From: an uncultured Actinomycetota bacterium | GTDB lineage: Bacteria > Actinomycetota > Actinomycetes > Mycobacteriales > Mycobacteriaceae | Direction of reading: 5' to 3' | Length of the DNA stretch: 64,000 nucleotides | NCBI GenBank assembly: GCA_963830605.1 | Contig: CAWHML010000007.1 | Span: forward strand, 30,053 to 94,052 | Shown: piece by piece, positions 30,853 through 43,248 of the stretch | Position numbering within the stretch: position 1 is the first letter of the stretch | How the letters are laid out: the number at the start of each line of letters is the position of its first letter | Program-made: the position numbers and the translations under genes | The notes under the pieces: model-generated | Told to the model about the DNA's origin: nothing | The model's input: only the letters and a program-made list of their open reading frames with translations | The model's database searches: none

Positions 30853-31035
30853 GTGAATGATTACAAGCTGTTCCGCTGCATCCAATGTGGCTTCGAATAC
30901 GACGAGGCGCTGGGCTGGCCGGAAGACGGCATCGCCGCCGGCACCCGCTGGGACGACATCGGAGAGGATTGGAGCTGCCCGGACTGCGGTGCGGCCAAAT
31001 CCGACTTCGAGATGATCGAAGTCGCTCGTTCTTGA
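30853..31035 (+). CDS. rubB: Rubredoxin B
   Basis: [18 protein letters not shown]...[13 protein letters not shown]. Confidence 0.95.
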   Translation: MNDYKLFRCIQCGFEYDEALGWPEDGIAAGTRWDDIGEDWSCPDCGAAKSDFEMIEVARS

Positions 31036-31065
31036 TCGGCGCGGTTCAGCAGTAATGTCGCGGCC

Positions 31066-31704
31066 ATGAAGCGGGTCCCGTACGCGGAAGCCTCACGGGC
31101 CCTGCTGCGCGATTCGGTCCTCGACGCGATGCGCGATTTGCTGCTTACCCGTGACTGGTCGACGATCACCCTGGCCGACGTGGCCCGCGAAGCCGGCATC
31201 AGCAGGCAGACCATCTACAACGAGTTCGGATCGCGGCAGGGGCTGGCTCAGGGTTACGCGCTGCGGCTGGCCGATCGGTTGGTGGACCTGGTCGACGACG
31301 CCGTTAACTCCAACGTCGGCGACATCTACGCGGCCTTCCTGCAAGGGTTTCGGGCATTCTTCTCCGAGTCGGCCGCCGACCCGCTGGTCATCTCGCTGCT
31401 GACCGGCGTGGCGAAACCCGATCTGCTGCAGTTGATCACCATCGACAGCGGCCCGATCATCACCCGCTGTTCACAGCGCTTGACTTCGTCCTTCATGGAT
31501 AGCTGGGTCAAGGCCAGTGCCGACGATGCGGGGATACTGGCCCGCGCCATCGTGCGACTCGCGATGAGCTATGTGCCGATGCCGCCGGAGGCCGATCACG
31601 ACGTGGCCGCCGACTTGGCGCGGCTGATGACACCTGCGGCCGAACGCTACGGCGTACTGCGGGACGACGCGGGCCGGTGGGACCGGGGAGAAGCACAGCC
31701 ATAG
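31066..31704 (+). CDS. TetR family regulator of the alk operon (Rv3249c/AlkX ortholog)
   Basis: HTH TLADVAREAGISRQTIYNEFGSRQGL; follows alkB-rubAB. Confidence 0.92.
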   Translation: MKRVPYAEASRALLRDSVLDAMRDLLLTRDWSTITLADVAREAGISRQTIYNEFGSRQGLAQGYALRLADRLVDLVDDAVNSNVGDIYAAFLQGFRAFFSESAADPLVISLLTGVAKPDLLQLITIDSGPIITRCSQRLTSSFMDSWVKASADDAGILARAIVRLAMSYVPMPPEADHDVAADLARLMTPAAERYGVLRDDAGRWDRGEAQP

Positions 31705-31801
31705 GCTGGTGTCGCAACCAGACTCTCCCGGGGGCAGGGCACTGCGCAGCTGGGATAATATATATGCAAGCTAACTATTGACGACAAGGATTGACTCACC
31801 C

Positions 31802-33274
31802 ATGACGACGACCGAACAATCGCTCCGCGCTGACGTCCGTAACGGCATCGAATTCAAGGTCGCCGACCTGTCACTTGCCGACTATGGCCGCCGGGACATC
31901 GAACTCTCCGAACACGAGATGCCGGGTTTGATGTCGCTTCGACGCGAGTACGCCGATGTGCAACCGCTCAAGGGTGCCCGAGTCTCCGGTTCGCTGCACA
32001 TGACGGTGCAGACGGCGGTGCTCATCGAGACCCTGGTCTCGCTGGGCGCTCAAGTCCGCTGGGCGTCGTGCAACATCTTCTCCACCCAGGACCACGCCGC
32101 CGCCGCCGTCGTCGTCGGACCGCACGGCACCCCAGAGGAGCCGAAGGGCGTGCCGGTGTTCGCGTGGAAGGGCGAGACGCTTGAGGAGTACTGGTGGGCC
32201 GCCGAGCAGGCCCTGACCTGGCCGGACGAGCCGGCCAACATGATTCTCGATGACGGCGGCGACGCCACCATGCTGGTGCTGCGCGGCGCGCAATACGAAA
32301 AAGCCGGCGTGGTGCCGCCGGCCGAAGAGGATGACTCGGCCGAGCACAAAGTGTTCCTCAACCTGCTGAACGAGCGCTTCGAGACCGACAAGGACAAGTG
32401 GACCAAGATCGCTGAGTCCGTCAAAGGCGTCACCGAGGAGACCACCACCGGCGTGCTGCGGCTCTACCAGTTCGCCGCCGCCGGTGATCTGACGTTCCCG
32501 GCGATCAATGTCAACGACTCGGTGACCAAATCCAAGTTCGACAACAAGTACGGCTGCCGACACTCGCTGATCGACGGCATCAACCGCGGCACCGACGTGC
32601 TGATCGGCGGCAAGACCGTGCTGGTCTGCGGCTACGGCGACGTCGGCAAGGGCTGCGTGGAATCGATGGCGGGTCAGGGTGCCCGGGTCACCGTGACCGA
32701 GGTCGACCCGATCAACGCGCTGCAAGCTCTGATGGAGGGCCACGACGTCAAGCGGGTGGACGAGGTCATCGGCAACGCCGACATCGTCATCACCGCCACC
32801 GGCAACAAGGACATCATCACGCTGGACCACATGAAGGCGATGAAGGACAAGGCGATCCTGGGCAACATCGGTCACTTCGACAACGAGATCCAGATGGCCG
32901 CGTTGGAGCGTTCCGGCGCCACCAAGGTCAATATCAGGCCGCAAGTGGACCTGTGGACCTTCGGCGACACCGGCAAGTCGATCATCGTGCTCTCCGAGGG
33001 CCGGCTACTGAACCTGGGTAACGCAACTGGACACCCGTCGTTCGTGATGAGCAACAGCTTTTCCAACCAGGTCATCGCCCAGATCGAGCTGTGGACCAAA
33101 AACGACGAGTACGACAACGAGGTGTACCGGCTGCCCAAGCACCTCGACGAAAAGGTGGCCCGCGTGCACGTCACCGCGCTCGGTGGCGAGCTGACGAAGC
33201 TGACCAAGGAGCAGGCCGAGTACATCGGCGTCGACGTCGACGGGCCCTACAAGCCCGACCACTACCGCTACTGA
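31802..33274 (+). CDS. sahH: Adenosylhomocysteinase
   Basis: [47 protein letters not shown] and GYGDVGKG. Confidence 0.98.
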   Translation: MTTTEQSLRADVRNGIEFKVADLSLADYGRRDIELSEHEMPGLMSLRREYADVQPLKGARVSGSLHMTVQTAVLIETLVSLGAQVRWASCNIFSTQDHAAAAVVVGPHGTPEEPKGVPVFAWKGETLEEYWWAAEQALTWPDEPANMILDDGGDATMLVLRGAQYEKAGVVPPAEEDDSAEHKVFLNLLNERFETDKDKWTKIAESVKGVTEETTTGVLRLYQFAAAGDLTFPAINVNDSVTKSKFDNKYGCRHSLIDGINRGTDVLIGGKTVLVCGYGDVGKGCVESMAGQGARVTVTEVDPINALQALMEGHDVKRVDEVIGNADIVITATGNKDIITLDHMKAMKDKAILGNIGHFDNEIQMAALERSGATKVNIRPQVDLWTFGDTGKSIIVLSEGRLLNLGNATGHPSFVMSNSFSNQVIAQIELWTKNDEYDNEVYRLPKHLDEKVARVHVTALGGELTKLTKEQAEYIGVDVDGPYKPDHYRY

Positions 33275-33283
33275 GCCTGGCTC

Positions 33284-33338
33284 CGCCGAACGTCACGCCA
33301 GCGTGGCCTCCGGCGCCGAAAGTCCCGCCAGCGTGACG
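33284..33338. repeat. REP-like short intergenic repeat
   Basis: Two imperfect 22-bp direct copies 30 bp apart (cgccgaacgtcacgccagcgtg / cgccgaaagtcccgccagcgtg), with inverted ends cgtcacgc...gcgtgacg. Confidence 0.55.
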
Positions 33339-33479
33339 CGCAGGAGCGCGGGGTAGGCTCCCGCCGTCTTGTGCCGCCGACCAGGGCACCGCGGCCGCGC
33401 AGTGCTCATCCCGGCGAGTATGCCAAGGCGAGTCCGCCGCTTCGTCCTTCATGTCGGTGCTTGTCGGTAGGCTCGCGCC

Positions 33480-34115
33480 GTGCTGATCGCGATCGAAGGG
33501 GTGGACGGCGCGGGCAAGCGAACGTTGTCCACCGGCTTGACCGCGGCATTTCAGGCGGTCGGGCAGTCGGTGGCCACCCTGGCGTTCCCACGCTATGGCC
33601 AGTCGGTGGCCGCCGACGTCGCCGCGGAGGCGTTACACGGCAGCCACGGCGACCTCGCGACGTCGGTGTATGCGATGGCGATGCTGTTCGCGCTGGACCG
33701 CGCCGCTGCGCGCGACGACATCGAGAAGCTCGGCCATGACCACGACGTGGTGATCCTGGATCGCTACGTTGCCTCCAACGCCGCCTACAGTGCGGCCCGC
33801 CTGCGCCAAGGCGCCGACGGTGAGGTGGTGGCCTGGGTGCACGAGGTCGAATACCAGCGGCTGCACCTGCCGACGCCGGATCGGCAGGTGCTGCTGAATG
33901 TCTCGGCCGAACTCGCCGCCCAGCGCGCCCGCGAGCGGGCCAGCCGGGAAATAGGCCGGGCGCGCGATGCCTACGAGCGCGACAACGACCTGCAGCGGCG
34001 CACCGGTGCGGTGTACTCCGGTCTGGCCGCCGGCGGCTGGGGCGGGCCATGGCTGGTGGTCGATGCGGACGTCGATCCCGGCAAACTGGCCGCGACGCTG
34101 ACCGCTCGATCGTGA
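33480..34115 (+). CDS. tmk: Thymidylate kinase
   Basis: MLIAIEGVDGAGKRT P-loop; DRYVASNAAY. Confidence 0.96.
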   Translation: MLIAIEGVDGAGKRTLSTGLTAAFQAVGQSVATLAFPRYGQSVAADVAAEALHGSHGDLATSVYAMAMLFALDRAAARDDIEKLGHDHDVVILDRYVASNAAYSAARLRQGADGEVVAWVHEVEYQRLHLPTPDRQVLLNVSAELAAQRARERASREIGRARDAYERDNDLQRRTGAVYSGLAAGGWGGPWLVVDADVDPGKLAATLTARS

Positions 34116-34180
34116 GCTGTGGTTAATCCTGCAAGAAACACGCGCGTAGTAAACGAGTTTTATCGCGTTCTGGTGACACC

Positions 34181-34867
34181 ATGGAGACCATGAGGCAAAG
34201 GATTCTCGTCGTCGATGACGACGCTTCGCTGGCTGAGATGCTCACCATCGTGCTGCGCGGTGAGGGTTTCGACACAGCGGTAATCGGTGACGGCAGCCAA
34301 GCGCTCACCGCGGTTCGCGAGCTCCGTCCGGATTTGGTGCTGTTGGACCTGATGCTGCCCGGGATGAACGGCATCGACGTGTGCCGGGTGCTGCGGGCCG
34401 ACTCCGGTGTGCCGATCGTCATGCTGACGGCCAAGACCGACACCGTTGACGTGGTGCTCGGTCTGGAGTCGGGCGCCGACGACTATGTGATGAAGCCGTT
34501 CAAGCCGAAGGAACTGGTCGCACGGGTGCGAGCACGGCTACGACGCAACGACGACGAGCCCGCGGAGATGCTGTCGATCGCCGATGTCGACATCGACGTG
34601 CCGGCGCACAAGGTAACCCGCAACGGTGAGCAGATTTCGCTGACACCGCTGGAATTCGACCTGTTGGTGGCGTTGGCGCGCAAACCGCGTCAGGTGTTTA
34701 CTCGTGATGTGCTGCTCGAACAGGTGTGGGGATACCGTCACCCAGCTGACACGCGCCTGGTGAACGTGCATGTCCAGCGTCTGCGGGCGAAGGTGGAGAA
34801 AGACCCGGAGAACCCGACTGTTGTGCTGACCGTTCGAGGAGTGGGTTACAAGGCCGGACCTCCGTGA
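34181..34867 (+). CDS. mtrA: Response regulator MtrA
   Basis: RQRILVVDDDASLAEML...DLVLLDLMLPG...TVRGVGYKAGPP. Confidence 0.98.
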   Translation: METMRQRILVVDDDASLAEMLTIVLRGEGFDTAVIGDGSQALTAVRELRPDLVLLDLMLPGMNGIDVCRVLRADSGVPIVMLTAKTDTVDVVLGLESGADDYVMKPFKPKELVARVRARLRRNDDEPAEMLSIADVDIDVPAHKVTRNGEQISLTPLEFDLLVALARKPRQVFTRDVLLEQVWGYRHPADTRLVNVHVQRLRAKVEKDPENPTVVLTVRGVGYKAGPP

Positions 34868-34901
34868 TCCCAGGCGGCCGCCGTGAGGAGAAGCGGCGCG
34901 G

Positions 34902-36560
34902 GTGATGTGGGGCTCGAGGCGACGGACGCGGGGTCGCTGGGGGCGCTCGGGCCCAATGGCGAGCGGAATGAGCGCGTTGAGTCGAGCCGTCGGGGCCGCG
35001 TGGCGCCGCTCGTTGCAGCTGCGGGTGGTCGTGTTGACCATCGGTCTGTCGTTCGCGGTGATCGTGGTACTGGGTTTCGTGCTGACCAGCCAAGTGACCA
35101 ACCGGGTGCTCGACGTCAAGGTCCGTGCCGCTACCGAACAGATCGAGCGGTCCCGCACCACCGTCAGCGGGATCGTCAGCGGCGAGGAGGCGCGCTCACT
35201 CGATAGCAGCCTGCAACTGGCGCGCAACACCTTGACGTCGAAAACCGAGGCGTCGTCGGGCGCGGGGTTGGCGGGTGCGTTCGACGCGGTGCTGGTGGTG
35301 CCCGGTGATGGGCCGCGCCCAGCGACGACGGCGGGTCCGGTCAACCAGATCCCGCCGACGTTGCGAGATTTCGTGAAAGCCGGACAGGTGAGCTATCAGT
35401 ACGCCACCGTGCACACCGACGGCTTCTCCGGCCCTGCGCTGATCATCGGCACGCCGGCGTCGTCTCGGGTCACCAACTTGGAGTTGTACCTGATCTTTCC
35501 GCTGGCCAGTGAGGCCAGCACGATCTCGCTAGTGCGCGGCACCATGGCGACCGGTGGTGTAGTGCTGCTGGTGTTGCTCGCCGGTATCGCGCTACTGGTT
35601 TCGCGGCAGGTGGTGGTGCCGGTGCGGTCGGCCTCGCGGATCGCCGAACGGTTCGCTGAAGGGCATCTGTCCGAGCGGATGCCGGTGCGCGGTGAGGACG
35701 ACATGGCGCGGTTGGCGGTGTCGTTCAACGACATGGCCGAAAGCCTGTCGAGGCAGATCACCCAGCTCGAAGAGTTCGGTAATCTGCAGCGGCGCTTCAC
35801 CTCCGACGTCAGCCACGAACTGCGGACGCCGTTGACCACGGTACGAATGGCTGCCGACCTGATCTACGATCACAGCGCCGACCTGGACCCGGCGTTGCGG
35901 CGGTCCACCGAGCTGCTGGTCAGCGAGCTTGATCGCTTCGAGTCGCTGCTCACCGACCTCCTGGAAATTTCCCGGCACGACGCCGGTGTCGCCGAATTGT
36001 CGGTCGAGGCGGTCGATCTGCGTTCCACGGTGAGCAGCGCGCTGGGCAATGTCGGGCACCTGGCCGAGGAAGCCGGCATCGAGTTGCTGGTCGATATGCC
36101 CCCCAGCGAAGTGATCGCCGAAGTCGACGCGCGCCGGGTGGAGCGGATTCTGCGCAACTTGATCGCCAACGCCATCGACCATGCCGAGCGCAAGCCGGTA
36201 CGGATCCGGATGGCCACTGACGAAGACACCGTCGCGGTGACGGTCCGCGACTACGGGGTCGGGCTGCGACCCGGCGAAGAGAAGCTGGTCTTCAGCCGGT
36301 TCTGGCGCTCCGACCCGTCGCGGGTACGTCGATCCGGCGGCACCGGTCTGGGTTTGGCGATCAGCGTGGAGGATGCGCGGCTGCATCAGGGCCGGCTCGA
36401 GGCTTGGGGGGAGCCGGGCAGCGGCGCCTGTTTCCGCTTGACACTGCCGCTGGTTCGCGGTCACAAGGTGACGACCAGCCCATTGCCGATGAAACCCTTT
36501 GTGGCAGAGCGCAAGGAGCGTCAGCTGCGGCAGCGCGAGCATGCCGAGCGGGGCGCCTGA
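34902..36560 (+). CDS. mtrB: Sensor histidine kinase MtrB
   Basis: HAMP domain, [14 protein letters not shown]-box and GGTGLGLAI; follows mtrA. Confidence 0.97.
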   Translation: MMWGSRRRTRGRWGRSGPMASGMSALSRAVGAAWRRSLQLRVVVLTIGLSFAVIVVLGFVLTSQVTNRVLDVKVRAATEQIERSRTTVSGIVSGEEARSLDSSLQLARNTLTSKTEASSGAGLAGAFDAVLVVPGDGPRPATTAGPVNQIPPTLRDFVKAGQVSYQYATVHTDGFSGPALIIGTPASSRVTNLELYLIFPLASEASTISLVRGTMATGGVVLLVLLAGIALLVSRQVVVPVRSASRIAERFAEGHLSERMPVRGEDDMARLAVSFNDMAESLSRQITQLEEFGNLQRRFTSDVSHELRTPLTTVRMAADLIYDHSADLDPALRRSTELLVSELDRFESLLTDLLEISRHDAGVAELSVEAVDLRSTVSSALGNVGHLAEEAGIELLVDMPPSEVIAEVDARRVERILRNLIANAIDHAERKPVRIRMATDEDTVAVTVRDYGVGLRPGEEKLVFSRFWRSDPSRVRRSGGTGLGLAISVEDARLHQGRLEAWGEPGSGACFRLTLPLVRGHKVTTSPLPMKPFVAERKERQLRQREHAERGA

Positions 36561-38380
36561 TGCGTTTGCCTCATCGCCTGGATCATCCTCCTCGTCCCGT
36601 TCCGGTCCGCATCGTCACCAGGCGGAAATTGGCCGTGCTGCTTCTCGGTGCGGTGACGGTGCTCGCCGGATGTGCTGGAGTGCCCAGTTCGTCGGAGCCG
36701 CAAGCCGTTGGCACCGTCGCGCGTCCGGCACCGTCGAACCTGCCGAAGCCGACGGCGGGCATGGATCCCGATGTCCTGCTGCGCGAGTTCCTCAAGGCCA
36801 CCGCCGATCCGGCGAACCGGCACCTGGCAGCACGTCAGTTTCTCACCAAGTCAGCGTCGGACGGATGGGACGACGCTGGCAGCGCCCTGCTGATCGACCA
36901 TGTAGTTTTTCTCGAGACCCGAAATGCCGAACGGGTTTCGGTCAACATGCGGGCCGACATCTTGGGGTCGCTGTCGGACATGGGTGTCTTCGAGACCGCC
37001 GAAGGAGTGCTGCCGGATCCTGGTCCGATCGAGTTGGTCAACACTCCGGACGGCTGGCGCATCAATCGTCTACCCAACGGAGTGTTCCTGGACTGGCAGC
37101 AGTTTCAGGCCACTTACAAACGCAACACACTGTATTTTCCTGATCCGACCGGCAAGACGGTGGTTCCCGATCCGCGTTATGTGGCGGTGGCTGATTCCGA
37201 TCAACTGGCGACCGAGTTGATTTCGAAGCTGATCGCCGGGCCGCGCCCCGAGCTGGCCAACGCGGTGCGCAACATGCTGGGTCCGCCGTTGCGGTTGCGC
37301 GGCCCGGTGACCCGCGCCGACGGCGGCAAGAGCGGTGTGGGCCGTGGTTACGGCGGCGCCAAAGTCGACCTCGAGAGCTTGTCCACCACCGATCCGCACA
37401 GCCGCCAATTACTTGCCGCGCAGATCATCTGGACGTTGGCGCGAGCCGACATCAAAGGGCCCTACGTAATCGATGCGGACGGCACCGCGATGGACGACCG
37501 GTTCGCCGACGGCTGGACCACCTCCGATGTTGCCGCCACCGATCCAGGTGTCGCCGACGGTGCCGGAGCCGGAGTGCACGCCCTGATCGGTGGATCGTTG
37601 ATGATGCTGGACGGGCAACAATCTACGGCGGTGCCCGGGCAATTCGGAGAGATGCCCGATCAAACCGCGGCGGCACTGTCGCGCAACGGCCAACGGGTGG
37701 CGTCTGTGGTGACGCTGCGCCCGGGTGCTCCGGATTCCGCGGCTGCGTTGTGGATTGGCGACCTTGGTGGTGCGGCGGTGCAGTCAGCAGACGGGCACAG
37801 TCTGTCGCGGCCGAGCTGGTCACTCGACGACACCGTTTGGGTGGTGGTGGACGGCAACAGCGTGTTGCGTGCGATCCAGGAACCGGCGTCAGGGCAGCCG
37901 ACGCGAATCCCGGTCGATTCGGCGGCGGTGTCCAACCGCTTCCCGGGCGTGATCAAGGATCTGCAGCTTTCGCGGGACAGCACCAGGGCTGCGATGGTCA
38001 TCGAGGGTCAGGTCATCCTCGCCAGTGTCGAACAGACGCAAGCCGGCCAGTTCGCCCTCACTTATCCGCGACGGTTGGGTTTCGGACTGGGCAATTCCGT
38101 GCTTTCTTTGGCATGGCGGACCGATGGGGATATTGCGGTTACCCGCAACGACGCCACGCATCCGGTGTCGTATGTGAACCTCGACGGCGTGAATTCCGAC
38201 GCGCCGAGCCGCGGTCTGCAAACTCCGGTGTCGGCGATCGCGGCCAACCCGTCGACGGTCTACGTTGCCGATCCGCGCGGGGTGGTGCAGCTTTCGGGCT
38301 CTGCGGCCGAGAACGAACAGAGCTGGGCAGACGTTGCGGCGTTCATGAAGGGCGGCGCGGTGCCGGTGCTGCCGGGGTGA
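36560..38380 (+). CDS. lpqB: Lipoprotein LpqB
   Basis: Lipobox LAGC; [29 protein letters not shown]; third gene of the mtrAB operon. Confidence 0.95.
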   Translation: MRLPHRLDHPPRPVPVRIVTRRKLAVLLLGAVTVLAGCAGVPSSSEPQAVGTVARPAPSNLPKPTAGMDPDVLLREFLKATADPANRHLAARQFLTKSASDGWDDAGSALLIDHVVFLETRNAERVSVNMRADILGSLSDMGVFETAEGVLPDPGPIELVNTPDGWRINRLPNGVFLDWQQFQATYKRNTLYFPDPTGKTVVPDPRYVAVADSDQLATELISKLIAGPRPELANAVRNMLGPPLRLRGPVTRADGGKSGVGRGYGGAKVDLESLSTTDPHSRQLLAAQIIWTLARADIKGPYVIDADGTAMDDRFADGWTTSDVAATDPGVADGAGAGVHALIGGSLMMLDGQQSTAVPGQFGEMPDQTAAALSRNGQRVASVVTLRPGAPDSAAALWIGDLGGAAVQSADGHSLSRPSWSLDDTVWVVVDGNSVLRAIQEPASGQPTRIPVDSAAVSNRFPGVIKDLQLSRDSTRAAMVIEGQVILASVEQTQAGQFALTYPRRLGFGLGNSVLSLAWRTDGDIAVTRNDATHPVSYVNLDGVNSDAPSRGLQTPVSAIAANPSTVYVADPRGVVQLSGSAAENEQSWADVAAFMKGGAVPVLPG

Positions 38381-38622
38381 ATTGTGAAGGTCGCCGTTAG
38401 TCGCTAGGTTCCTGGCGTGGCCGCTGAGGTATAAGGGTTGGAGCCGTCATTCGCTGGAGTCAATAGCGGCCGGTCCGTAGGCTGCCTGTGGTCAAAGAGT
38501 GCGGATGGCCCGTGATATCGCATACATCATCAGTTGGCTAAAGCACTTTTCCTTAGAACAGAGGCGACGCAAACTGCAGCGTCTGATGTTCCCCTGTCCC
38601 CCCCGACCGCCACACTGGCCGA

Positions 38623-39261
38623 ATGCTCGACCTGATCCTCCCCTTGGAATGCGGCGGCTGTGGCGCGCCGTCGACGCCATGGTGCGACGTCTGCGCCAGG
38701 GAGCTGGCAGTCGGCCCCGATGAGCCGCATGTGGTCAGCCCGCGGATCGACCCGCAGGTGCCGGTGTTCGCACTCGGCCGTTACGCCGGCGCGCGCCGCC
38801 AAGCAATCATCGCGATGAAAGAGCGGGGCCGTGCCGATCTCATCGCCCCGCTGGCGCAGGCGCTTGCCGTCGGCGTCCACCGACTCCTGACGTGGGGCAT
38901 GATCGAGGCGCCGATCACCATCGTGCCGGCGCCGACCCGTCGCTCGGCGGCCCGGCGACGTGGCGGCGATCCCGTCACCCGCATGGTCACCGCCGCGGTG
39001 ACACATCATCCGCAGATCGACGTCGCTCAGGCGTTACGCATCAAAGCCCTCGCCCGCGACTCTGCCCGACTGGGTAGCGCCGACCGCGAGCGCAACCTCG
39101 CAGGCGCGGTCATCCTCCGGCGTCACCGCATACCCGCCGAACGCGAGGTGCTACTCGTCGACGACATCGTCACCACCGGCGCGACGGCTCGCGAGTCGGC
39201 GCGGGTGTTACACGGCAACCGCGCACGGGTCGCCGCTGTGCTCGCCGTCGCCCACGCCTGA
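38623..39261 (+). CDS. ComF family phosphoribosyltransferase-like protein (Rv3242c ortholog)
   Basis: N-terminal CGGC..WCDVC Zn site; PRPP motif LLVDDIVTTGAT. Confidence 0.92.
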   Translation: MLDLILPLECGGCGAPSTPWCDVCARELAVGPDEPHVVSPRIDPQVPVFALGRYAGARRQAIIAMKERGRADLIAPLAQALAVGVHRLLTWGMIEAPITIVPAPTRRSAARRRGGDPVTRMVTAAVTHHPQIDVAQALRIKALARDSARLGSADRERNLAGAVILRRHRIPAEREVLLVDDIVTTGATARESARVLHGNRARVAAVLAVAHA

Positions 39262-39564
39262 GCCGCCTTGCGACAGCCTGCAATTAACGCGGCGTCAACG
39301 ATGTGAAGAACTCGCAAGAGCTGAACCAAAATAGTGGCACCTCACGCGCACGGGGGTTACCGTCGGGTCAAGCATCCGTGAACACCTCACGGCGGCGTTT
39401 CGAAAAAAGTTGAGGCGCCACGTCACCGACAGCGGTAGGAGGTGAATTCTCGACACCTTGCACCGGCGGGCGGACTGCGCCAAACCCCTTGAACCCGTCG
39501 GCGCCTGCAATTGATAGCTGGGCACGCCAAGCGCGTGCGACGCGACAGAAACGAGTTGTGAAGT

Positions 39565-40233
39565 ATGTCGAGGCAAACCGTGGACTCCAGCCAGCTGCTG
39601 GCCGACACCGACGAGCAGGCCGAACCCACAGCGAAAGTTGAGGTCGTCGTCAAAGGCCGCAACGTCGAGATTCCTGACCACTACCGCACCTATGTCTCGC
39701 AAAAGCTCGCCCGCCTGGAACGGTTCGACCGCACGATCTACCTGTTCGACGTCGAACTCAAACATGCCCCTAACAGACGTCAGCGCAAATCGTGTCAACG
39801 GGTGGAAATCACCGCGCGGGGTCGTGGACCGGTAGTCCGTGGGGAGGCGCGTGCCGACAGCTTCTATGCCGCTTTCGAGTCCGCGGTCAACAAATTGGAG
39901 AGCGGCCTGCGTCGCGGGAAGGACCGCCGCAAAGTTCATTACGGCAACAAGACGCCGGTATCGCTGGGTGAGGCCACGTCACCGGCGCCGCCACTGCAGT
40001 CCACTGGCGACGAAGAACCCGCGCCACGCGATGGCGCGACCGACGACCACGTGCCGGGCCGGATCGTCCGTACCAAGGAGCATCCGGCCAAGCCGATGTC
40101 GGTCGACGACGCCCTCTATGAAATGGAGCTGGTAGGCCACGACTTCTTTCTGTTTTTCGACAAGCACACCGAACGGCCCTCAGTGGTGTACCGGCGTCAC
40201 GCCTACGACTATGGCCTGATCCGGCTGGCCTGA
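39565..40233 (+). CDS. hpf: Ribosome hibernation promotion factor (long HPF, Rv3241c ortholog)
   Basis: VVKGRNVEIPDH; KPMSVDDALYEMELVGHDFFLF...YRRHAYDYGLI. Confidence 0.95.
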   Translation: MSRQTVDSSQLLADTDEQAEPTAKVEVVVKGRNVEIPDHYRTYVSQKLARLERFDRTIYLFDVELKHAPNRRQRKSCQRVEITARGRGPVVRGEARADSFYAAFESAVNKLESGLRRGKDRRKVHYGNKTPVSLGEATSPAPPLQSTGDEEPAPRDGATDDHVPGRIVRTKEHPAKPMSVDDALYEMELVGHDFFLFFDKHTERPSVVYRRHAYDYGLIRLA

Positions 40234-40371
40234 CGCACTCGTCCCCGCGAACCTCGAGTTGTGGGGCAGCCAAGAAGCAAATCGGCGCAACCAGTCGACG
40301 TTCGACGGCTGAACAAGCAAGTCACCTAGGATGGGGGCGCTCACCATTCCTACCCAACAGGGGACCTAGCT

Positions 40372-43218
40372 GTGCTGTCGAAGTTGCTGCGCCTTGGTGA
40401 AGGACGCATGGTCAAGCGCCTCGGGCGCGTCGCCGATTACGTCAATAGCTTGGCCGACGACGTCGAGAAGCTCACCGACGAAGAGCTGCGCGCCAAGACC
40501 GACGAGTTCAAGAAGCGGCACACCGAAGGCGAAAGTCTCGACGACCTGCTGCCCGAAGCGTTCGCGGTGGCCCGGGAAGCGGCCTGGCGGGTGCTCGACC
40601 AGCGTCCCTTCGACGTGCAGGTGATGGGTGCCGCGGCGCTGCACTTCGGCAACGTCGCAGAGATGAAGACCGGCGAGGGCAAGACGTTGACCTCGGTGCT
40701 GCCCGCCTATCTGAACGGCATCGGCGGCAAGGGCGTGCACATTGTCACCGTCAACGACTATCTGGCGAAACGCGACAGCGAGTGGATGGGCCGGGTGCAC
40801 CGCTTCCTGGGCCTCGACGTCGGCGTGATCCTCGCGCAGATGTCGCCCGACGAACGGCGAGTGGCCTACGCCGCCGACATCACCTACGGCACGAACAACG
40901 AATTCGGCTTCGACTATCTGCGCGACAACATGGCCCATTCGCTGGAGGAATGTGTTCAGCGCGGCCACAACTTCGCGATCGTCGACGAAGTCGACTCGAT
41001 TCTCATCGACGAGGCCCGCACTCCGCTGATCATTTCCGGGCCCGCCGACGGCGCCTCCAACTGGTACTCCGAGTTCGCCCGGTTATCGCCGTTGATGGAG
41101 AAAGACGTGCACTACGAGGTCGATCTGCGCAAGCGGACGGTCGGCGTGCACGAAGTCGGGGTGGAATTCGTCGAAGACCAGCTCGGCATCGACAACCTCT
41201 ACGAAGCCGCAAACTCGCCGCTGGTCAGCTACCTCAACAACGCGCTCAAGGCCAAAGAACTGTTCACCCGCGACAAGGACTACATCGTGCGTAACGGCGA
41301 AGTGCTCATCGTCGACGAGTTCACCGGTCGCGTGCTGATCGGCCGCCGTTACAACGAGGGCATGCACCAGGCCATCGAAGCCAAAGAGCATGTCGAGATC
41401 AAAGCCGAGAACCAGACGCTGGCGACGATCACGCTGCAGAATTACTTCCGTCTCTACGACAAGCTCGCCGGCATGACCGGCACCGCGCAGACCGAGGCCT
41501 CCGAGCTGCACGAGATCTACAAGCTCGGGGTGGTTCCCATCCCGACCAACAAGCCGATGATTCGGACCGACCAGTCCGACCTCATCTACAAAACCGAGGA
41601 AGCCAAATACATCGCGGTGGTCGACGATGTCTCTGAGCGCTACGAAAAGGGACAGCCGGTGCTCATCGGTACCACCAGCGTGGAACGTTCGGAGTATCTG
41701 TCCCGGCAGTTCACCAAGCGACGAATTCCGCACAACGTCCTCAACGCCAAGTACCACGAGCAGGAGGCCGGCATCATCGCCGAGGCGGGCCGCCGCGGCG
41801 CCATCACCGTCGCCACCAACATGGCCGGCCGCGGCACCGACATCGTGCTGGGCGGCAACGTCGACTTCTTGACCGACACCCGGCTGCGCGCGCAGGGCCT
41901 GGACCCGGTGGAAACCGCCGAGGACTACGAGCAGGCCTGGCACGAGGAGTTGCCGAGAGTCAAAACCGAGGCCGCCGCCGAGGCCAAGGAAGTGATCGAC
42001 GCCGGTGGGCTGTACGTGTTGGGCACTGAGCGGCACGAGGCGCGGCGCATCGACAATCAGCTGCGCGGCCGCTCCGGCCGTCAGGGCGACCCCGGCGAGT
42101 CGCGGTTCTACCTGTCGCTGGGTGACGAGCTCATGCGTCGCTTCAACGGCGCTGCGCTGGAGTCGTTGCTTACCCGGCTCAATCTGCCCGACGACGTGCC
42201 GATCGAGGCCAAGATGGTGACCCGCGCGATCAAGAGCGCGCAGACCCAGGTCGAGCAGCAGAATTTCGAGGTCCGCAAGAACGTCTTGAAATACGACGAA
42301 GTGATGAATCAGCAGCGCAAGGTGATCTATGCCGAGCGCCGCCGCATCCTGGAAGGGGAGAACCTCAGGGAGCAGGCCCTGGACATGGTCCGCGACGTGA
42401 TCACCGCGTACGTCGACGGGGCGACGGCCGAGGGTTACGCCGAAGACTGGGATCTGGCAAAGCTGTGGGAAGCGCTGAAGACGCTGTTCCCGGTCTCGAT
42501 CGATCACAAGGACCTGCTTGACTCCGACGCTGTCGGCGAGCCCGGCGAGCTGACCCGCGAAGAGCTGCTCGACGCGTTGATCGAAGACGCCGAACGGGCC
42601 TATGCCGCCCGCGAATCCGAACTCGAGCAACTGGCGGGCGAGGGCGCGATGCGTCAGTTGGAACGCAACGTGCTGCTCAACGTCATCGACCGCAAGTGGC
42701 GCGAGCACCTCTACGAGATGGACTACCTCAAGGAAGGCATCGGCCTGCGCGCGATGGCCCAGCGCGACCCCTTGGTGGAATACCAGCGCGAGGGCTACGA
42801 CATGTTCATCGCCATGCTGGACGGGCTCAAGGAAGAGTCGGTCGGCTTCCTGTTCAACGTCGCGGTGGAGGCGGTCCCCGCGCCGAGTAGCGAAGCCGTG
42901 GCGCCGATGGCCGCGCCGGAAGGATTGGCGGAGTTCGCTACCGCGGCCGCGGCCGGTGCCGGAAAGCAGAGCGGTGCCGACGCCGCCGGGGCGCGTGACA
43001 GCGCAGCAAACACCTTGCGTGCCCGAGGCATCGACAACGAGTCGCCGGCGCTCACCTACACGGGTCCAGCTGAAGACGGCTCGGCCCAAGTGCACCGCAA
43101 CGGCGGCGATTCGCACAAAGCCGGGGTGTCGGCCGGGACGAGTCGACGCGAGCGTCGGGAAGCCGCCCGCCGGCAGGGCAGGACAGGCAAACACGCCAAA
43201 CCGGCGAAGCGGCGCTAG
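40372..43218 (+). CDS. secA1: Preprotein translocase ATPase SecA1
   Basis: [40 protein letters not shown] and RSGRQGDPG. Confidence 0.98.
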   Translation: MLSKLLRLGEGRMVKRLGRVADYVNSLADDVEKLTDEELRAKTDEFKKRHTEGESLDDLLPEAFAVAREAAWRVLDQRPFDVQVMGAAALHFGNVAEMKTGEGKTLTSVLPAYLNGIGGKGVHIVTVNDYLAKRDSEWMGRVHRFLGLDVGVILAQMSPDERRVAYAADITYGTNNEFGFDYLRDNMAHSLEECVQRGHNFAIVDEVDSILIDEARTPLIISGPADGASNWYSEFARLSPLMEKDVHYEVDLRKRTVGVHEVGVEFVEDQLGIDNLYEAANSPLVSYLNNALKAKELFTRDKDYIVRNGEVLIVDEFTGRVLIGRRYNEGMHQAIEAKEHVEIKAENQTLATITLQNYFRLYDKLAGMTGTAQTEASELHEIYKLGVVPIPTNKPMIRTDQSDLIYKTEEAKYIAVVDDVSERYEKGQPVLIGTTSVERSEYLSRQFTKRRIPHNVLNAKYHEQEAGIIAEAGRRGAITVATNMAGRGTDIVLGGNVDFLTDTRLRAQGLDPVETAEDYEQAWHEELPRVKTEAAAEAKEVIDAGGLYVLGTERHEARRIDNQLRGRSGRQGDPGESRFYLSLGDELMRRFNGAALESLLTRLNLPDDVPIEAKMVTRAIKSAQTQVEQQNFEVRKNVLKYDEVMNQQRKVIYAERRRILEGENLREQALDMVRDVITAYVDGATAEGYAEDWDLAKLWEALKTLFPVSIDHKDLLDSDAVGEPGELTREELLDALIEDAERAYAARESELEQLAGEGAMRQLERNVLLNVIDRKWREHLYEMDYLKEGIGLRAMAQRDPLVEYQREGYDMFIAMLDGLKEESVGFLFNVAVEAVPAPSSEAVAPMAAPEGLAEFATAAAAGAGKQSGADAAGARDSAANTLRARGIDNESPALTYTGPAEDGSAQVHRNGGDSHKAGVSAGTSRRERREAARRQGRTGKHAKPAKRR

Positions 43219-43248
43219 CTAGCGGCCCTATCGACCACTATTGACGCC

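Noticed and set aside
31705-31801. Possible SAH/SAM riboswitch upstream of sahH
   Set aside because: No recognisable conserved riboswitch core by eye; a covariance-model search would be needed
39302-39317. CRP-like site upstream of hpf (TGTGA...TCGCA)
   Set aside because: Half-site spacing is 5 rather than 6, and the second half is mismatched
41083-43194. 703-aa ORF antisense to secA1, and similar long shadow ORFs (18717-20435, 22650-24152, 14411-16033, 55103-56596)
   Set aside because: They overlap well-supported genes on the opposite strand, have no family motifs and are typical of high-GC codon bias
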